A DNA stretch of 64,000 nt from Octopus sinensis (GCF_006345805.1 NC_043013.1:53196001-53260000); one strand, 5' to 3'. Shown: positions 26,801-40,136, counted from the first letter of the stretch. Notes: generated from the sequence alone by a model not told the origin. Numbers and translations: made by a program.

Positions 26801-28424
26801 AGAACGGACCTGAATTGAACTGATCTAAATAGAACGGTCCTGGATAGAACTGACATAAATATAACTGACCTGAATTGAACTGACCTGAATAGAACTGATC
26901 TAAATAGGACTGGTCTAAATAGAACTGATCTAAATAGAACTGACCTGAATAGAACTGACCTAAATAGAACGGACTTGAATTGAACTGACCTGAATTGAGC
27001 TGATCTAAATAGAACGGGCCTGAATTGAACTTAAATAGATCGGACCTGAATAGAACTGACCTAAATAGGACGGACCTGAATTGAACTGACCTAAATAGAA
27101 CGGACCTGGATAGAACTAACCTGAATAGAACTTATCTAAATAGGAGTGACCTAAATATAACTGACCCAGATAGAACTGACCTGAATAGAACTGACCTAAA
27201 TAGAACGGACCTAATTAGAACGGACCTGAATAGAATGACCTAAATAGAACTGACCTGAATATAACTGACCTAAATAGAACTGACCTGAATAGAACTGACC
27301 TAAATAGAATGGACCTAAATTGAACTGACCTTAATAGAACTGACCTAAATAGAACTGATCTGAATAGAACTGACCTAAATAGAACGGACCTGAATTGAAC
27401 TGACCTGAATAGAACTGATCTAAATAGAACGGACCTAAATAGAACTGATCTGAATAGAACGGACCTGAATTGAACTGATCTAAATAGAACGGTCCTGGAT
27501 AGAACTGACATAAATATAACTGACCTGAATTGAACTGACCTGAATAGAACTGATCTAAATAGGACTGATCTAAATAGAACTGATCTAAATAGAACTGACC
27601 TGAATAGAACTGACCTAAATAGAACGGACTTGAATTGAACTGACCTGAATTGAACTGATCTAAATAGAACGGGCCTGAATTGAACTTATCTAAATAGATC
27701 GGACCTGAATAGAACTGACCTAAATAGGACGGACCTGAATTGAACTGACCTAAATAGAACGGACCTGGATAGAACTAACCTGAATAGAACTTATCTAAAT
27801 AGGAGTGACCTAAATATAACTAACCTAGATAGAACTGACCTAAATAGAACGGACTGAATAGAACTGACCTAAATAGAACGGACCTAATTAGAACGGACCT
27901 GGATATAAATGACCTAAATAGAACTGACCTGAATATAACTGACCTAAATAGAACTGACCTAAAAATAATGGACCTAAATTGAACTGACCTTAATAGAACT
28001 GACCTAAATAGAACTGATCTGAATAGAACTGACCTAAATAGAACGGACCTGAATTGAACTGACCTGAATAGAACTGATCTAAATAGAACGGACCTGAATA
28101 GAACTGATCTAAATAGAACGGACCTGAATTGAACTGATCTAAATAGAACGGACCTGGATAGAACTGACATAAATATAACTGACCTGAATTGAACTGACCT
28201 GAATAGAACTGATCTAAATAGGACTGATCTAAATAGAACTGATCTAAATAGAACTGACCTGAATAGAACTGACCTAAATAGAACGGACTTGAATTGAACT
28301 GACCTGAATTGAACTGATCTAAATAGAACTGACCTGAATTGAACTGATCTAAATAGAACGGACCTGAATTGAACTGACCTAAATAGAACGGACCTGAATT
28401 GAACTGACCTGAATTTAACTGACT
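23881..28424. repeat. 15-bp satellite array (AATAGAACTGACCT[G/A])n with ~650-660-bp higher-order repeat
   Basis: About 300 monomers; diagnostic variant gg(t/a)cctggatagaactgaca recurs at ~24746, 25393, 26188, 26836, 27491, 28150. Confidence 0.95.
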
Positions 28425-28789
28425 TGTGCATGTTGATTTTGCATTGCGTTTCTGCTTTGTTGATGAAAATGTTCCTTGGCACAACATTAATCTAAACTGG
28501 TTGTGTACCTGACCAGGTGTATATTGAATAATATTGCATCTGCATGGAATATAGTTTTAACTAGTTTCCAGTCCATTACATTCTAAAACCACGTCACATA
28601 CGAATAGAGAGCGGGTTAGATAATTGAGAAATGCTAAGATAATTAAGATATTATTAATTGGAAAGAAGAAATTAAAAACACATGCAGTATATTGAAGATT
28701 ACAGTCAAGTTATCCTACGTGCGATCTATATGCAATTTAAGACGCACACACACACACACGTATATACACATGATACATTCTCACACACA

Positions 28790-28866
<77 letters not shown>

Positions 28867-29367
28867 ACATGATTTTATGTATGTATACGTTCGATTCATT
28901 TAATACAACGATACATATCTTTTCTGTTAGCTCACTCTTTCTCTCTCTGTGTCTTTCTGTCTGTTTGTCTGTCTCTCTTACTTTATCTCTCTCTCTCCCC
29001 ATCTCTCAATTCCTACTCCATAAGCTGGCGATTCACTGAACATTTCCAGCGTCGAGCAAAACACTTCTTTGTTATTATTCCAAATCTTCTCATTGCGTGA
29101 TCAAATCCCTCTGGTGTCATTTTTGATTTCCGTCATTTCAGATTTAATTGATAAACTTACTACTAATCAATTATATGGATTGATTTATATTCTTTATCTT
29201 CTCACCCCCACAGAATCAACTTCCTGGAACACCCCACTCAAGCTGTTTAGACCTAAGTACAGAGGATGTGATGAGTTCGAGGTCATTTCTGTCACATCAA
29301 TAAAAGAGCGTAACCTGGGGTGGAAGGGTGTAGATGAGATTTCTTGGATTCAGTTGAAGTAAAATTA

Positions 29368-29580
29368 GTTCTTAAATTTTCGTACAAGTTCAGCAATTTC
29401 AGTGATGTGGCTACAAGTCGATTACATAAGCATCACTGCTTAATTCGTTCTTGTTTTATAGACTTCGAAAGGATGAAAGGCAAAGTCGACCTCGGCAGAT
29501 ATTGAACTCAAACTGTAAAACCGGACGAATTCTGCTAAACATTTTCCCGGCGTGCTAAACATTCTGGAAGCTCACCCCTT
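29368..29580 (-). mobile_element. SINE family B (diverged, single module)
   Basis: aaggatgaaaggcaaagtcgacctcggcaga...cccggcgtgctaa. Confidence 0.8.
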
Positions 29581-29608
29581 GAAAACTACAGAAGTATTAT
29601 TTTCAAAT

Positions 29609-29735
29609 TCACCGGTAAAATTTCCACTTTCGTTGCGACTTGCAACCTTTTCAATAGACCATTGAAAAGGTTGCAAGATGCAACGAACATTTTAGGAAAA
29701 TAAAAATAAGGAATAAGTGGAAATTTTAACGGTGA
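29609..29735. repeat. Nested palindrome / MITE-like fold-back
   Basis: Inner hairpin ttcgttgcgacttgcaaccttttcaat-agacc-attgaaaaggttgcaagatgcaacgaa; outer arms tcaccggtaaaatttccactt / aagtggaaattttaacggtga. Confidence 0.85.
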
Positions 29736-29849
29736 GTGTTTAATTATAAAGCACACAAAAAAAATGACTCTCCTCAAACACAACAGAATATGCGACAACA
29801 CACGAAGTCATATAAACAACCTTGCAAACCAAATCCAAAAGTGAAATAT

Positions 29850-30328
29850 TATTTTCAAATTTTGGCACAAGGCCAGCAATTTCAGGGTGGTGTCTAATCA
29901 ACATCAGTACATAACTGGTACTTATTTTATTGACACGGACGAAAACATGCAAAGCATTTTGTCCGACTTGCTAACGATTCTGCCAACTCGTTACTTTATT
30001 TCTTAAATTTGAATATGTCTCTGATATGTGGATAATCGTGCAAAGGTGTTATTCACTACCATTTTCTAAAGTGAATATATTTACTGTTTCTTCTCTTGTC
30101 AGTGGCTATAATAATCCATTCTATTATAGGCACAAGGCTTGAAAATTTGAGAGGAGGGGCTAGTCGATTACATCGATCGCAGTGTTCAACTCGTACTTAA
30201 TTTACTGACCCCGAAAGGATGAAAGGCAAAGTCGATCTCGGCAGAATTTGAATTCAGAACATAAAGACGGACGAAATGCCGCAAGGCATTGTACCCGACT
30301 TGCTGACGATTCTGCAAGCTAGCCGCCT
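29850..30328 (-). mobile_element. Two SINE family B copies (29850-29995 internally deleted; 30110-30328)
   Basis: Family B head (tgct.acgattctgc.a.ct.g) and tail (ggcacaagg) in both. Confidence 0.8.
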
Positions 30329-30695
30329 AAAATTATTTCTTAAATTTGAATACATCTCTGATACGTGCATCCTTGAAATGGCAGAAATTATCCTGCAATG
30401 TTATACATACCACGATGAATTACAACATATAGGATAATGCTGACACTTCAAGATTGCACTGATGTGATGGTTTATTGTTAGAATGACATTGTCGGATGAG
30501 TGGGAAAGACTGGATCTGGTCAGTTTGTACATAAACTAGGTAGAATATTTTGGCCAGATATGGCTAGTCTAAATTCTAACGGGTTAATCAAGGCAGTAAA
30601 TCAATTCTTCCCCTTGACCGTCAGCAGCATTTACACTCAATGTCTGACTATCAGAGTTCACTCAGAAATATCAATCGAGGCTATAACAAGAGTGA

Positions 30696-31112
30696 AAGGC
30701 GGTGAGCTGGCAGAAACGTTAGCACGTCGGCTGAAGTGCTTAGCGGTATTTCGTCTCCTGCTACGTTCTGAGTTCAAATTCCGCCGAGGTTGATTTTGCC
30801 ACTCATCCTTTTAGGGTCGATTAAATAAGTACCAGTTACGCACTGGGTTCGATATCATCGACTTAATCCGTTTGTCTGTCCTTGTTTGTCCTCTCTGTGT
30901 TTAGCCCCTTGTGGGTAGTAAAGAAATAGGTATTCTGTCTGTCGTTACGTTCTGAGTTCACATTCCGTGGAGGTCGACTTTGCCTTTCATCCTTTCGGGG
31001 TCGATTAAATAAGTACCAGTTTCGCACTGGGGTCGATATAATCGACTTAATCCCTTTGTCTGTCCTTCTTTGTCACCTGTATGTTTAGCTCCTTGTGGGT
31101 AGTAAAGAAATA
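30696..31112 (+). mobile_element. SINE family B, 2 modules
   Basis: aggcggtgagctggcagaaacgttagcacg head and two ~185-bp modules. Confidence 0.9.
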
Positions 31113-31677
31113 TATATCAAGAGTCACTGACTCGAGACACGACACAATGAGGTCAAATTTGAAACCACGATATTGCGAAGTAGCTTCTTAACCACGTAGC
31201 TATTATGAAAACACAATTTATTCATATGATTTTTCAGATAATTTTCCTTAGTGGCATTTAAAGAAATTAGAACAGAGTTCCATCTAGCGGAATCACCGAG
31301 AATACATTACAATGAATCAGATGAAAGCTAGATTGTAGAAGGAAAATCATAAAAACAAGAAAACGATGCTCTATCGGCACCAATATCGATGATTCCATTG
31401 GAAGAGAGATTTGTTTTGGACCGCGTAACTGATTAACACGTGTCTAGCCATGAAATATTCTGTGATCTAAAATTATTTAATGCTTCAATGATTGGCTGAT
31501 AGTAATAGAAAGATTAAGCAATGAGGTGAAACTAATTTAGCTTGAATTATTTTCGATTCTGGAATCTAAGAAACATATGTTGGAGTAACAAATGGTAATA
31601 AATAGCTGCAAGACTGTAAAACCGTTTCCAATAGTGCATGTGGTGATAAGCAATCAACAAGAAGCGTACAAATGGTA

Positions 31678-31708
31678 ACTGCTGCTATTAGTGCTGCTGC
31701 TGCTGCTG

Positions 31709-31749
<41 letters not shown>

Positions 31750-31790
31750 TCTTCTTCTTCTTCTCTTCTTCTTCTTCTACTACTACTACG

Positions 31791-31828
<38 letters not shown>

Positions 31829-31855
31829 AAGAACATTATCATCAACAACAACAAC

Positions 31856-31899
<44 letters not shown>

Positions 31900-31922
31900 T
31901 ATTATTATTATTATTATCATTA
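31678..31922. repeat. (GCT)/(ACT)/(CTT)/(ATT) compound microsatellite
   Basis: Direct reading. Confidence 0.93.
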
Positions 31923-31927
31923 ATATA

Positions 31928-32142
31928 AAGGCAGTGAGATGACCAAATCGTTAGCACGTCGACGAAATGCTTAGCGGTATTTCGTCCGTCTTCACGATCT
32001 GAGTTCAAATTCTGCCGAGATCGGCTTTGCCTTTAAACCTTCGGTGTCGATAAAATAAATACCAGTTCAAAACTGGGACTCGATGCAATTGACTCACCCC
32101 TCCCCCAAATTTGCTACCCTTGTGGCAAAATTTGAAACCATT
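31928..32142 (+). mobile_element. SINE family B, single module, (ATT)n tail
   Basis: Family B head, module and tail. Confidence 0.85.
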
Positions 32143-32177
32143 ATTATTATTACTATTTATTATTATTATTATTCAGT

Positions 32178-33560
32178 AGTTTTATTTTTATTTTTATAGC
32201 GTGCTTTCACTTCACTACCGAGCGCAACTCTGTGTGCCTTGGGTATGTGCTGTGATTTGTTGTGATGCTCTGATGGTTATTGTATGGAAAGTGTTCTGCG
32301 TAGGATGTGTGCAGTGCCTAGTAGTGCAATTTTCTGTATGTTATATGTGTTTGTAAGTCCTGGTGTTTTTGTTATGTATTTGTCTGAATATTTTTTTATC
32401 ATGCCTAATGCACCTACTATGATAGGAATTGTTTCTGTTTTCAGATTCCACATTCTAGTTACCTCTATTTCCAGGTCTTTGTATTTTGAGAGTTTCTCCA
32501 TTTCTTTTAGAGACACGTTGTCATCTGCCGGTACTGATACATCAATTAGAAAGCATTTTTTTCTTCATGGTCTCTGACAACTATATCTGGTCTGTTGGCC
32601 TTAATTTCTCTATCTGTGTGTATCGGCATATCCCAGAGTATGGTTGCTTTCTCGTTTTCTGTGACCTTTTCTGGTGTGTGCCTATACCATCTTTTTTCTG
32701 TTGTTATTCCATAATGTTGGCATAGCTTCCAATGTATGTAAGTTCCAACTCTGTCATGTCTGTGAATATATTCCTTCTTAGCTAGGACTGGGCAGCTAGA
32801 GATAATATGATTTATTGTTTCTTGTCCATCTCCACATATTCTGCAGTTACTTGTAATATTTCTTTTCATTACATGTTTTTGGTAATTTCTGGTGGGGAGG
32901 CTTTGGTCTTGTGCTGCAATTAAAAATCCCTCTGTTTCTGCTTTGAGTCCTGAGCTTCTCAACCATTGCTGGGATTTTTCTTTGTCTATTTCTTTTGCGT
33001 TTAGTTTAGTCCAGTATTTACCATGAAGGGGCTTTTCTTGCCATCGTTTTATCATGGTTCGTTGCTGTTCTATTTTTAGTTTGGATTTCATTTTTTTTAT
33101 AGCTTTTGTTGTTTCTTCATCTCTTCTTCTTCTTCATGTTTATTAGGTGGTATGATTTCTTGTTTGTATTTGTCAGCTTCCTTAAATACTGAGAACAGTT
33201 TTTTGTTTTGCTCGTGTTTTGCCGCTATCTGGATCAGTTTTCCTTCCTTCTGAAGTAGATATTTTTTCAGTCCTATGGTGGTTATTTTATAGTAGTTTTC
33301 CAGCTGTATAAGGCCTCTACCACCTTCTATACGTTGTATATATAGTCTTTCTATGTCAGATTTTGGGTGATGCATCCTAGATCCTGTCATTATTTTTCTT
33401 GTTTCCCTGTCTATTTTGGTCAGTTCATTTCGTGTCCAGTTAAGGATATTGTAGCTGTAACTTATAACTGGGACAGCTAAAGTGTTGATACCTATTATCT
33501 TGTTTTTAGTATTGATCTAACTCGTCTATAATATTCTTTTTTTATTTTCTCTTTCATTTG
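32178..33560 (-). mobile_element. 5'-truncated R4/Dong-clade non-LTR retrotransposon (RT C-terminus, CCHC knuckle, RLE endonuclease)
   Basis: ORFs 33097-33390 (ERLY..R.EGGRGL), 32546-33091 (ETEGFLIAAQDQ, CRICG...ETINHIISSC, RHD, NRPDIVV), 32277-32516 (EKLSKYKDL...PIIVGALG); frameshifts at homopolymers; embedded in (TAA)n on both sides as expected for Dong. Confidence 0.93.
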
Positions 33561-33566
33561 TGTGTG

Positions 33567-33749
<183 letters not shown>

Positions 33750-35335
33750 ATGGTTGTAGATTGCAACGGAATGATAAATTTCTATTAGAATGAAATGATT
33801 TAAAATTTACTCATCAAAGGGAAGTTGGGAAACACCATAAATTCATTCTGTTCCTGAGAAACCTTGTAGTATTGAGTCGACGATGAACAACACCAAATGT
33901 CTCAATATGTTTCTCACTTGTGCTGTCATTTGACTCAAGGTCATCAATGATTAAAATCGTTCTAGATGTGACTGCTTCTCTTTATTTATCGAAGAATATT
34001 TTATCATATGAGCTATTTCTCTTCTTAAACGGTATCGCATGATTTGAGCGATAAGTGTCTGCTTGGCGGAGGTACGTCGAGCGGTGCTTAAAACGCTTGG
34101 TGGTATATTTATGTTTAGCTGTATTTCAGATTCGATTCATGTTAAGATCAATGTTGCTTTTCATCCCCTCGCCTTCCCAGGTTCAATTAAATAGGGACCT
34201 ATGTAATAATAGTGTTAATGGGATCGTTTAAACGCAACACGATGTGTGGTTCTATGATTATGTTAACCCAATATTGTTAATTATTAACGATTCTTCGATC
34301 GATAATATATACTACGAGTTAGATATATTGAAACCAGCAACACGTTTTGGGATATTTGTGTGTAGGGACATTAACACACAATCAGACACACATAAATTGA
34401 TTCTAATTCCACACAGAACAATACAAACATTAAATCAATTCTAATTTACGACGTAATGACTTTCCACAGAACCATTCAGAGAGCCCTGGTTAATTTAGAT
34501 ATCCCAGTTGTACTTAGCAAACTCGTTGTATCCGGATTAACAAGTAATGCCTGTGAATATTATATCCACGCAGGAATTATAAATAAAAGCCTCATTCTCT
34601 GTATCGTATCTCAGAAATTTAGCAAGGAATTTTAATGTGACATATTTGATGAAAGCAACGAATCTTTCATTAAAATTTCTAGGCTTTGCATATATTAGAA
34701 ACGGTGATAAAAATTCTGAATATTTTACGGAAGAAACTATAGACTTAAAAGTTTTAGGGATTTTCTGAGTTTGTACATTACAGTAGCATTCAGAAACACT
34801 ATTTGCATAGTTTAAAGTTATTCGCTCTTGCTGTTTTTAATGGTCAAACAAAGAGGTCTAGTACCCAATAAGTTGGGGAAAACCATAAGCTTAACAGAAC
34901 CTCCAAGATGATACGAGAACATTATGTTCGGGTAGAAGAATTCGCTGAAATACCTACACCTTTAAATGTACTCGAGGACCAGTTGAAAATGTTAAACTGG
35001 TCCTTTCTGAGGACGAATAAGATTTTTACACGGAGTGTTTGTGTCAGACACACGAATTTGGTGGAGAATAACCTATTTGGATTCCTTCATTGTTACTTTT
35101 TTGTAATTGGAACAGAGGAAGACTGCACAAATAAGTTTCAATTCTTCATATTGGTAGTTTAAACTTTATAGAGTCAACATACATTTTGCAAACGTTTTTA
35201 TGGAAGACCTTTGCCTAATAAACAGGCTTGTTCTTATTATTATTGATATTTATACCGAATTCAATTCCTGTCCCTTTGCTCATTCATGGAAAGCCCACTA
35301 TTCTATCTCTATCATTGCTGAGAGAAACTTTGACA

Positions 35336-35549
<214 letters not shown>

Positions 35550-35550
<1 letters not shown>

Positions 35551-35836
35551 GAGGCGCAATGGCCTAGTGGTTAGGGCAGCGGACTCGCAGTCGTAGGATC
35601 ACGGTTTCGATTCCCAGACCGGGCATTGTGAGTGTTTATTGAGCGAAAACATCTAAAAGCTCCACGAGGCTCCGGAAGGGGGTGTTGGTCCCTGCTGTAC
35701 TCTTTCACCACTCTTTCCCTCACTCTTTCTTCTGTTGACCTGCTCGCTTAGCCAGTGGGGTGGCGTCATCAATGCAAAGCGCATTGTGACCAGCGATGTG
35801 TAGCAACATCTGATAGCCTGGTCGGTCATGGTGATC
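35550..35836 (+). mobile_element. tRNA-derived SINE family C with RTE-derived tail
   Basis: A-box TGGCCTAGTGG, B-box GGTTTCGATTCC; 3' tail matches the RTE 3' end at 59605-59662. Confidence 0.88.
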
Positions 35837-36534
35837 ATATATATATATATATATATTATTATTATTATACAAGCATAACTCTGGCGTTAATAGCGAACTT
35901 TAAGTGGATTTCGGGTTCAATGCCACTGCATAGAAGCTTGGATAATTGACTTCTTTCTTAGCTCTGGTCCGACCAATGGCTTACGAGAGAATCTGGGTAA
36001 TTTAAATTGTTTGGAAGCCTCTCTTATACACACACAGACACACACACACATACATAATATATATACACATTTGTGTGTATCCATCTATGTATGTATATCT
36101 ATCTGTGTGTCTTGTGTTGTTGTACGTGATGAGACTGTTTTTCTATTTGCTTCTCCCCACCGCTACATAAACCGCTTTTGACTTCCCTGTGTCTCGATAC
36201 GAAACGAAACAGCATTTTAAGTACCAAACGTAGCAAATGGAGAAACTAAGCTCTGTTTTCGATATGTTCAAACCCTTTAACGCCCCAGGATGGGAGCATC
36301 CCAGTGAATGAAACAAGAAAAGCACATAAGATATTACTACAAGACCACCACGTCGAGTAGTTTCGGCTGCGAGATACCTCTTTCCTGTGATCATGTCGAT
36401 GGTGGAGTTTACAATTTAATTAGCAATTTAAAACAAAAAAAAAAATGTTCTTCAGTTTAATATTTTAGGGTCTCGTAAAACTAATTTGGTGGATCAGTAT
36501 ATTTTTGTTATCAGAGGGGTTTATTACAGTAGGA

Positions 36535-37490
36535 CTGTTTGCCAACATAATGCGGCAGTCCCAGGATGAGACGAAAATTACAGTTATTTAACCCCAGGAA
36601 ACACCGTTTCCAGCTGGCTGTACGCCACAAAAAATTCTGTGTTCATATATTTTCGAACAGGGCAGATCAGCTCCTCCACCCAGAACAAGTTCACATCCAA
36701 GGATCCAAAGATTTCTGTGTTATTGCTCTTTATCAGTATGAAGCAACTTGCTAAACTAGATGTTGGGAATGAACTGCAGTCGAAAATATAGATTTCAGAA
36801 TGACACAGTCATTGATCTACAAAGTAGAAATGTTAGTATTTCTAAATCTCTCAAAAAGAGGTATATAGTAACAGCCCCATGACGTTTTGCCAACATAATG
36901 TAGCAGTCTCAGAAGCCGGACTGTGGATGCGAAGTTATACTGGGTGGAGGCTCTGATCTCTCCTGTTCCAGAATATAATCATAAGCGGAAAGTGTAACCT
37001 CTCGAAAGAGCTGTTCTTCACTCCTGCTCCAGAGCGTCAGCTGCGGGGTCACTCCGAAAAGCTCTATCTGCGACGATTTCATCTCAATCGAAGGAGAGGG
37101 GCTTTCTCCGTCCGGGTTGCGGATCTGTGGAATAAGCTGCCGGACGAGATAGCGAAGATGCCGACGACCGCTCGGTTCAAAGTCTCCCTTGACCACAAGT
37201 GGCCTGAACTCTTTACATGAACACCACCCTGTACATAGCTCCATGTCCCCCTACATGGCCTTGCTTTTTGCTTTTTGAGCCAAAAAATTAACTAACTTAC
37301 ATAATGATGCAGAATTTTTTGTGTCGTATAGCCAGTTGGAAACGATGTTTCCTGGGGCTAAATAACAGTAAAATCTGTCCAATCCTGGGATTGCTATATT
37401 ATTTTGGCGAGAAGGTCATTACTTTATGGTGCTGTTACTCTATAGCTCTCTTGGAGATATTTAGAAATACTGATATTTCTATTTTGAATT
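36535..37490. mobile_element. CCAGGAA-motif element with direct and inverted copies, interrupted by CR1
   Basis: 36538-36645 and 36820-36915 both have reverse-complement matches within 37304-37490; tttgccaacataatg repeated directly at ~36538 and ~36886. Confidence 0.75.
36970..37300 (+). mobile_element. CR1-clade LINE 3' end
   Basis: LFFTPAPERQLRGHSEKLYLRRFHLNRRRGAFSVRVADLWNKLPDEIAKMPTTARFKVSLDHKWPELFT*, short 3'UTR and (TAAC)-like tail. Confidence 0.88.
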
Positions 37491-37899
37491 TATTCCCGTC
37501 CTATTTCTATACGAAAGCAATATGACATTCCAAAAATTACATCATTATCAACACATATATATATATGTATATACGTGTGCGCACGAATGTATATGTGTGT
37601 TCGTATGTATGTATGTATGTATATATATATGTATATATATATATATATATATGCACACATAGTTATACACATATAAAAATATACGCCTATATATATATAC
37701 ACATATACACATACAAGTAGATATGTATGTATTTGTGTATGCATGCATTAATTTCGCAAGTACAAATATTGCACAGGACTGCATGAACTAATATTATTTC
37801 GTAATCACACAACCCACAAAGATTCCCGTTAATTACTGTCAAACATATGAAGACTTATTCTGAAGGCATCCTATTGGCCATGAATAATTTTAAACACCT

Positions 37900-37908
37900 C
37901 TAATATAT

Positions 37909-37962
<54 letters not shown>

Positions 37963-37989
37963 ATATATATATAATATATATATATATAT

Positions 37990-38021
<32 letters not shown>

Positions 38022-38082
38022 ACATACATATATATATATACATATGTATATATATGTATATATGCATATATATACACACATA

Positions 38083-38115
<33 letters not shown>

Positions 38116-38195
38116 GTATATATACATGAATATATATGCACACATATATATATAAGTATATGTATATGTAGATATATATTCATATATATAATTTT
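37900..38195. repeat. (TA)n-rich microsatellite
   Basis: Direct reading. Confidence 0.95.
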
Positions 38196-40069
38196 ATATT
38201 ACATTGAATTACATGTGGGTAACTATGGTTACATTTTGCGTGTGTTTTTCTATGCCTTTGTATATGTGCGTTTTGAGCAGAAAATTAACAGAAATGTCCG
38301 TAGATATAACAACAATTGTTAATTATATACGATTTTCCCCTTTATTTTCGACATACCAAAGAAGCGGTCGTGTTCCGCCTTGTAGAATAACGCTTCTGGT
38401 AATTACAGTGAATTCAAATTTGAAAGAACGCAGAGCTCAGATATATGAAATAACGTCTTATTTTAGAAGGGGAAATGAAGGCAAAGTTTGCGTATTTTCA
38501 TGTTTGTGTGATTGTTCACAGATATATCGATTAGATAATTTGTGTTGTACGAAGAGTGTTATGGAAAATGTATGTAATTGTTTCGTCGTTTATGAAATTA
38601 AATGAAGAAATATATACAGGAAGTATTGTAGAAAACGTAATGCACACAAATGTACGCATTAGCATATTAATGTTGAAATATGGCGGACTTTATTATGAAG
38701 TAATATGGTCACTATTGCTTTTATTCTCTGTACTTTATACTAGATACATATGTTTGTGTTTGCAAAGTTAAAAGGTTTCCCTGCAGACAATGGATATTAG
38801 CAAATATAAATATAAATCGTAAATGTCCATCTGTCGAGACAAGACAAATCTTGAAGGTATTTGTCTCTCTGACCGAGAAAGATAGAGAGAGAGGGGGGAG
38901 CGAGGGACAGACAGGGAGACGAAGAAGGAGAGAGAAAAAGAGCGAAAAGGAAATGGAATAGGTTAGCAATGTTCGCTAGTCACAGAAAAACGATGATACT
39001 CTCATTTTATCTTTGTGTACGTGCTTGTATATGTTTGTGTGTGTGTGTGCGTGTGTGTGTACATATGCGTGTCTCTGTCTTGACAACCAGTGTTGGTTTG
39101 TTTACAACGGCAAAAACAGTCAGAAAGTGATTCACAACTATCAATCTCTTCCTGGTCAAAATTTCCAATTGGTTTAAATTTCTGATTGCTTAAAATAATT
39201 TTCACGCTAAAGCGGAAGCTAAAATATTCTTTCCATAAGCTTACTACAGGACCCTACTTTTAGAAAACTAAGAAAACAAAAATCGATAAGGGCCAGATAT
39301 AAAATAGGCGAGGAAAACAGAATGGAGATGCAAAATACTGAAGAAATGAATGGCAAAGAGAGTAAGTGGAGTAAGGGAGCGGAATAGAAATAGCATGTCC
39401 TCATGTAAAACGGACACTGGTGTGATAAACACAAATATGCAAGTGAGTCTGGATTTGAGTGAGTCATCGGCAAGTGAGAATATATTTGGATATGTGTATG
39501 TATATATGTACATGTGATTTAACAGAATATAGATTAGTTGATATACATACTTACATACGTATATATATACCGTTATTCTCCGTGTCCTGTCTTTTACTGT
39601 TTATATTTTGTACTGTCGTTACTGTACTATTTTTGTTACCATTTTTACCCCTCCGCAAAAAAATCTGAAATTTCAGTTAATTTGATTTTCGCGGGAAGGA
39701 AAGTTTCATTAAAGTCATGTATCGCCTTGACCTTCGAAACGTGGAGTAGATGAAACTAAGGCGACTGAAGAAGGGGAATTTTCCTTGTTTTGTTTGTCCT
39801 GTACTCTATTTTTTAGTTGTTTAAGAAAAATGTTCATTTCCTTGGTTTCGTGTTTATGTTTTCGTTTCTCATTGTGTTCGACGTTTTTTTTTGGTGTCCT
39901 GTACCCATATATGCATGTATATATACATGTAGATGTAGGTACATACATTTATGCATGTATATATGCATATGTTTTATTTATTCATTATTATATATATAGG
40001 TGGTGCTATTAAGTTAGACATGGCCTGGGCCAATAATGGCCGAAACCTATCAAAGTATCAAAGTATCAA

Positions 40070-40136
<67 letters not shown>

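Noticed and set aside
23881-28424. CRISPR array or pentapeptide-repeat gene
   Set aside because: No unique spacers; the plus-strand NRTDL frame has frequent TGA stops; the context is eukaryotic satellite
32277-33390. Intact retrotransposon or host gene
   Set aside because: 5'-truncated, lacks the RT core and is frameshifted
35550-35625. Functional tRNA gene
   Set aside because: A/B boxes are present but the sequence continues into a SINE body and LINE-derived tail, and the cloverleaf is not convincing
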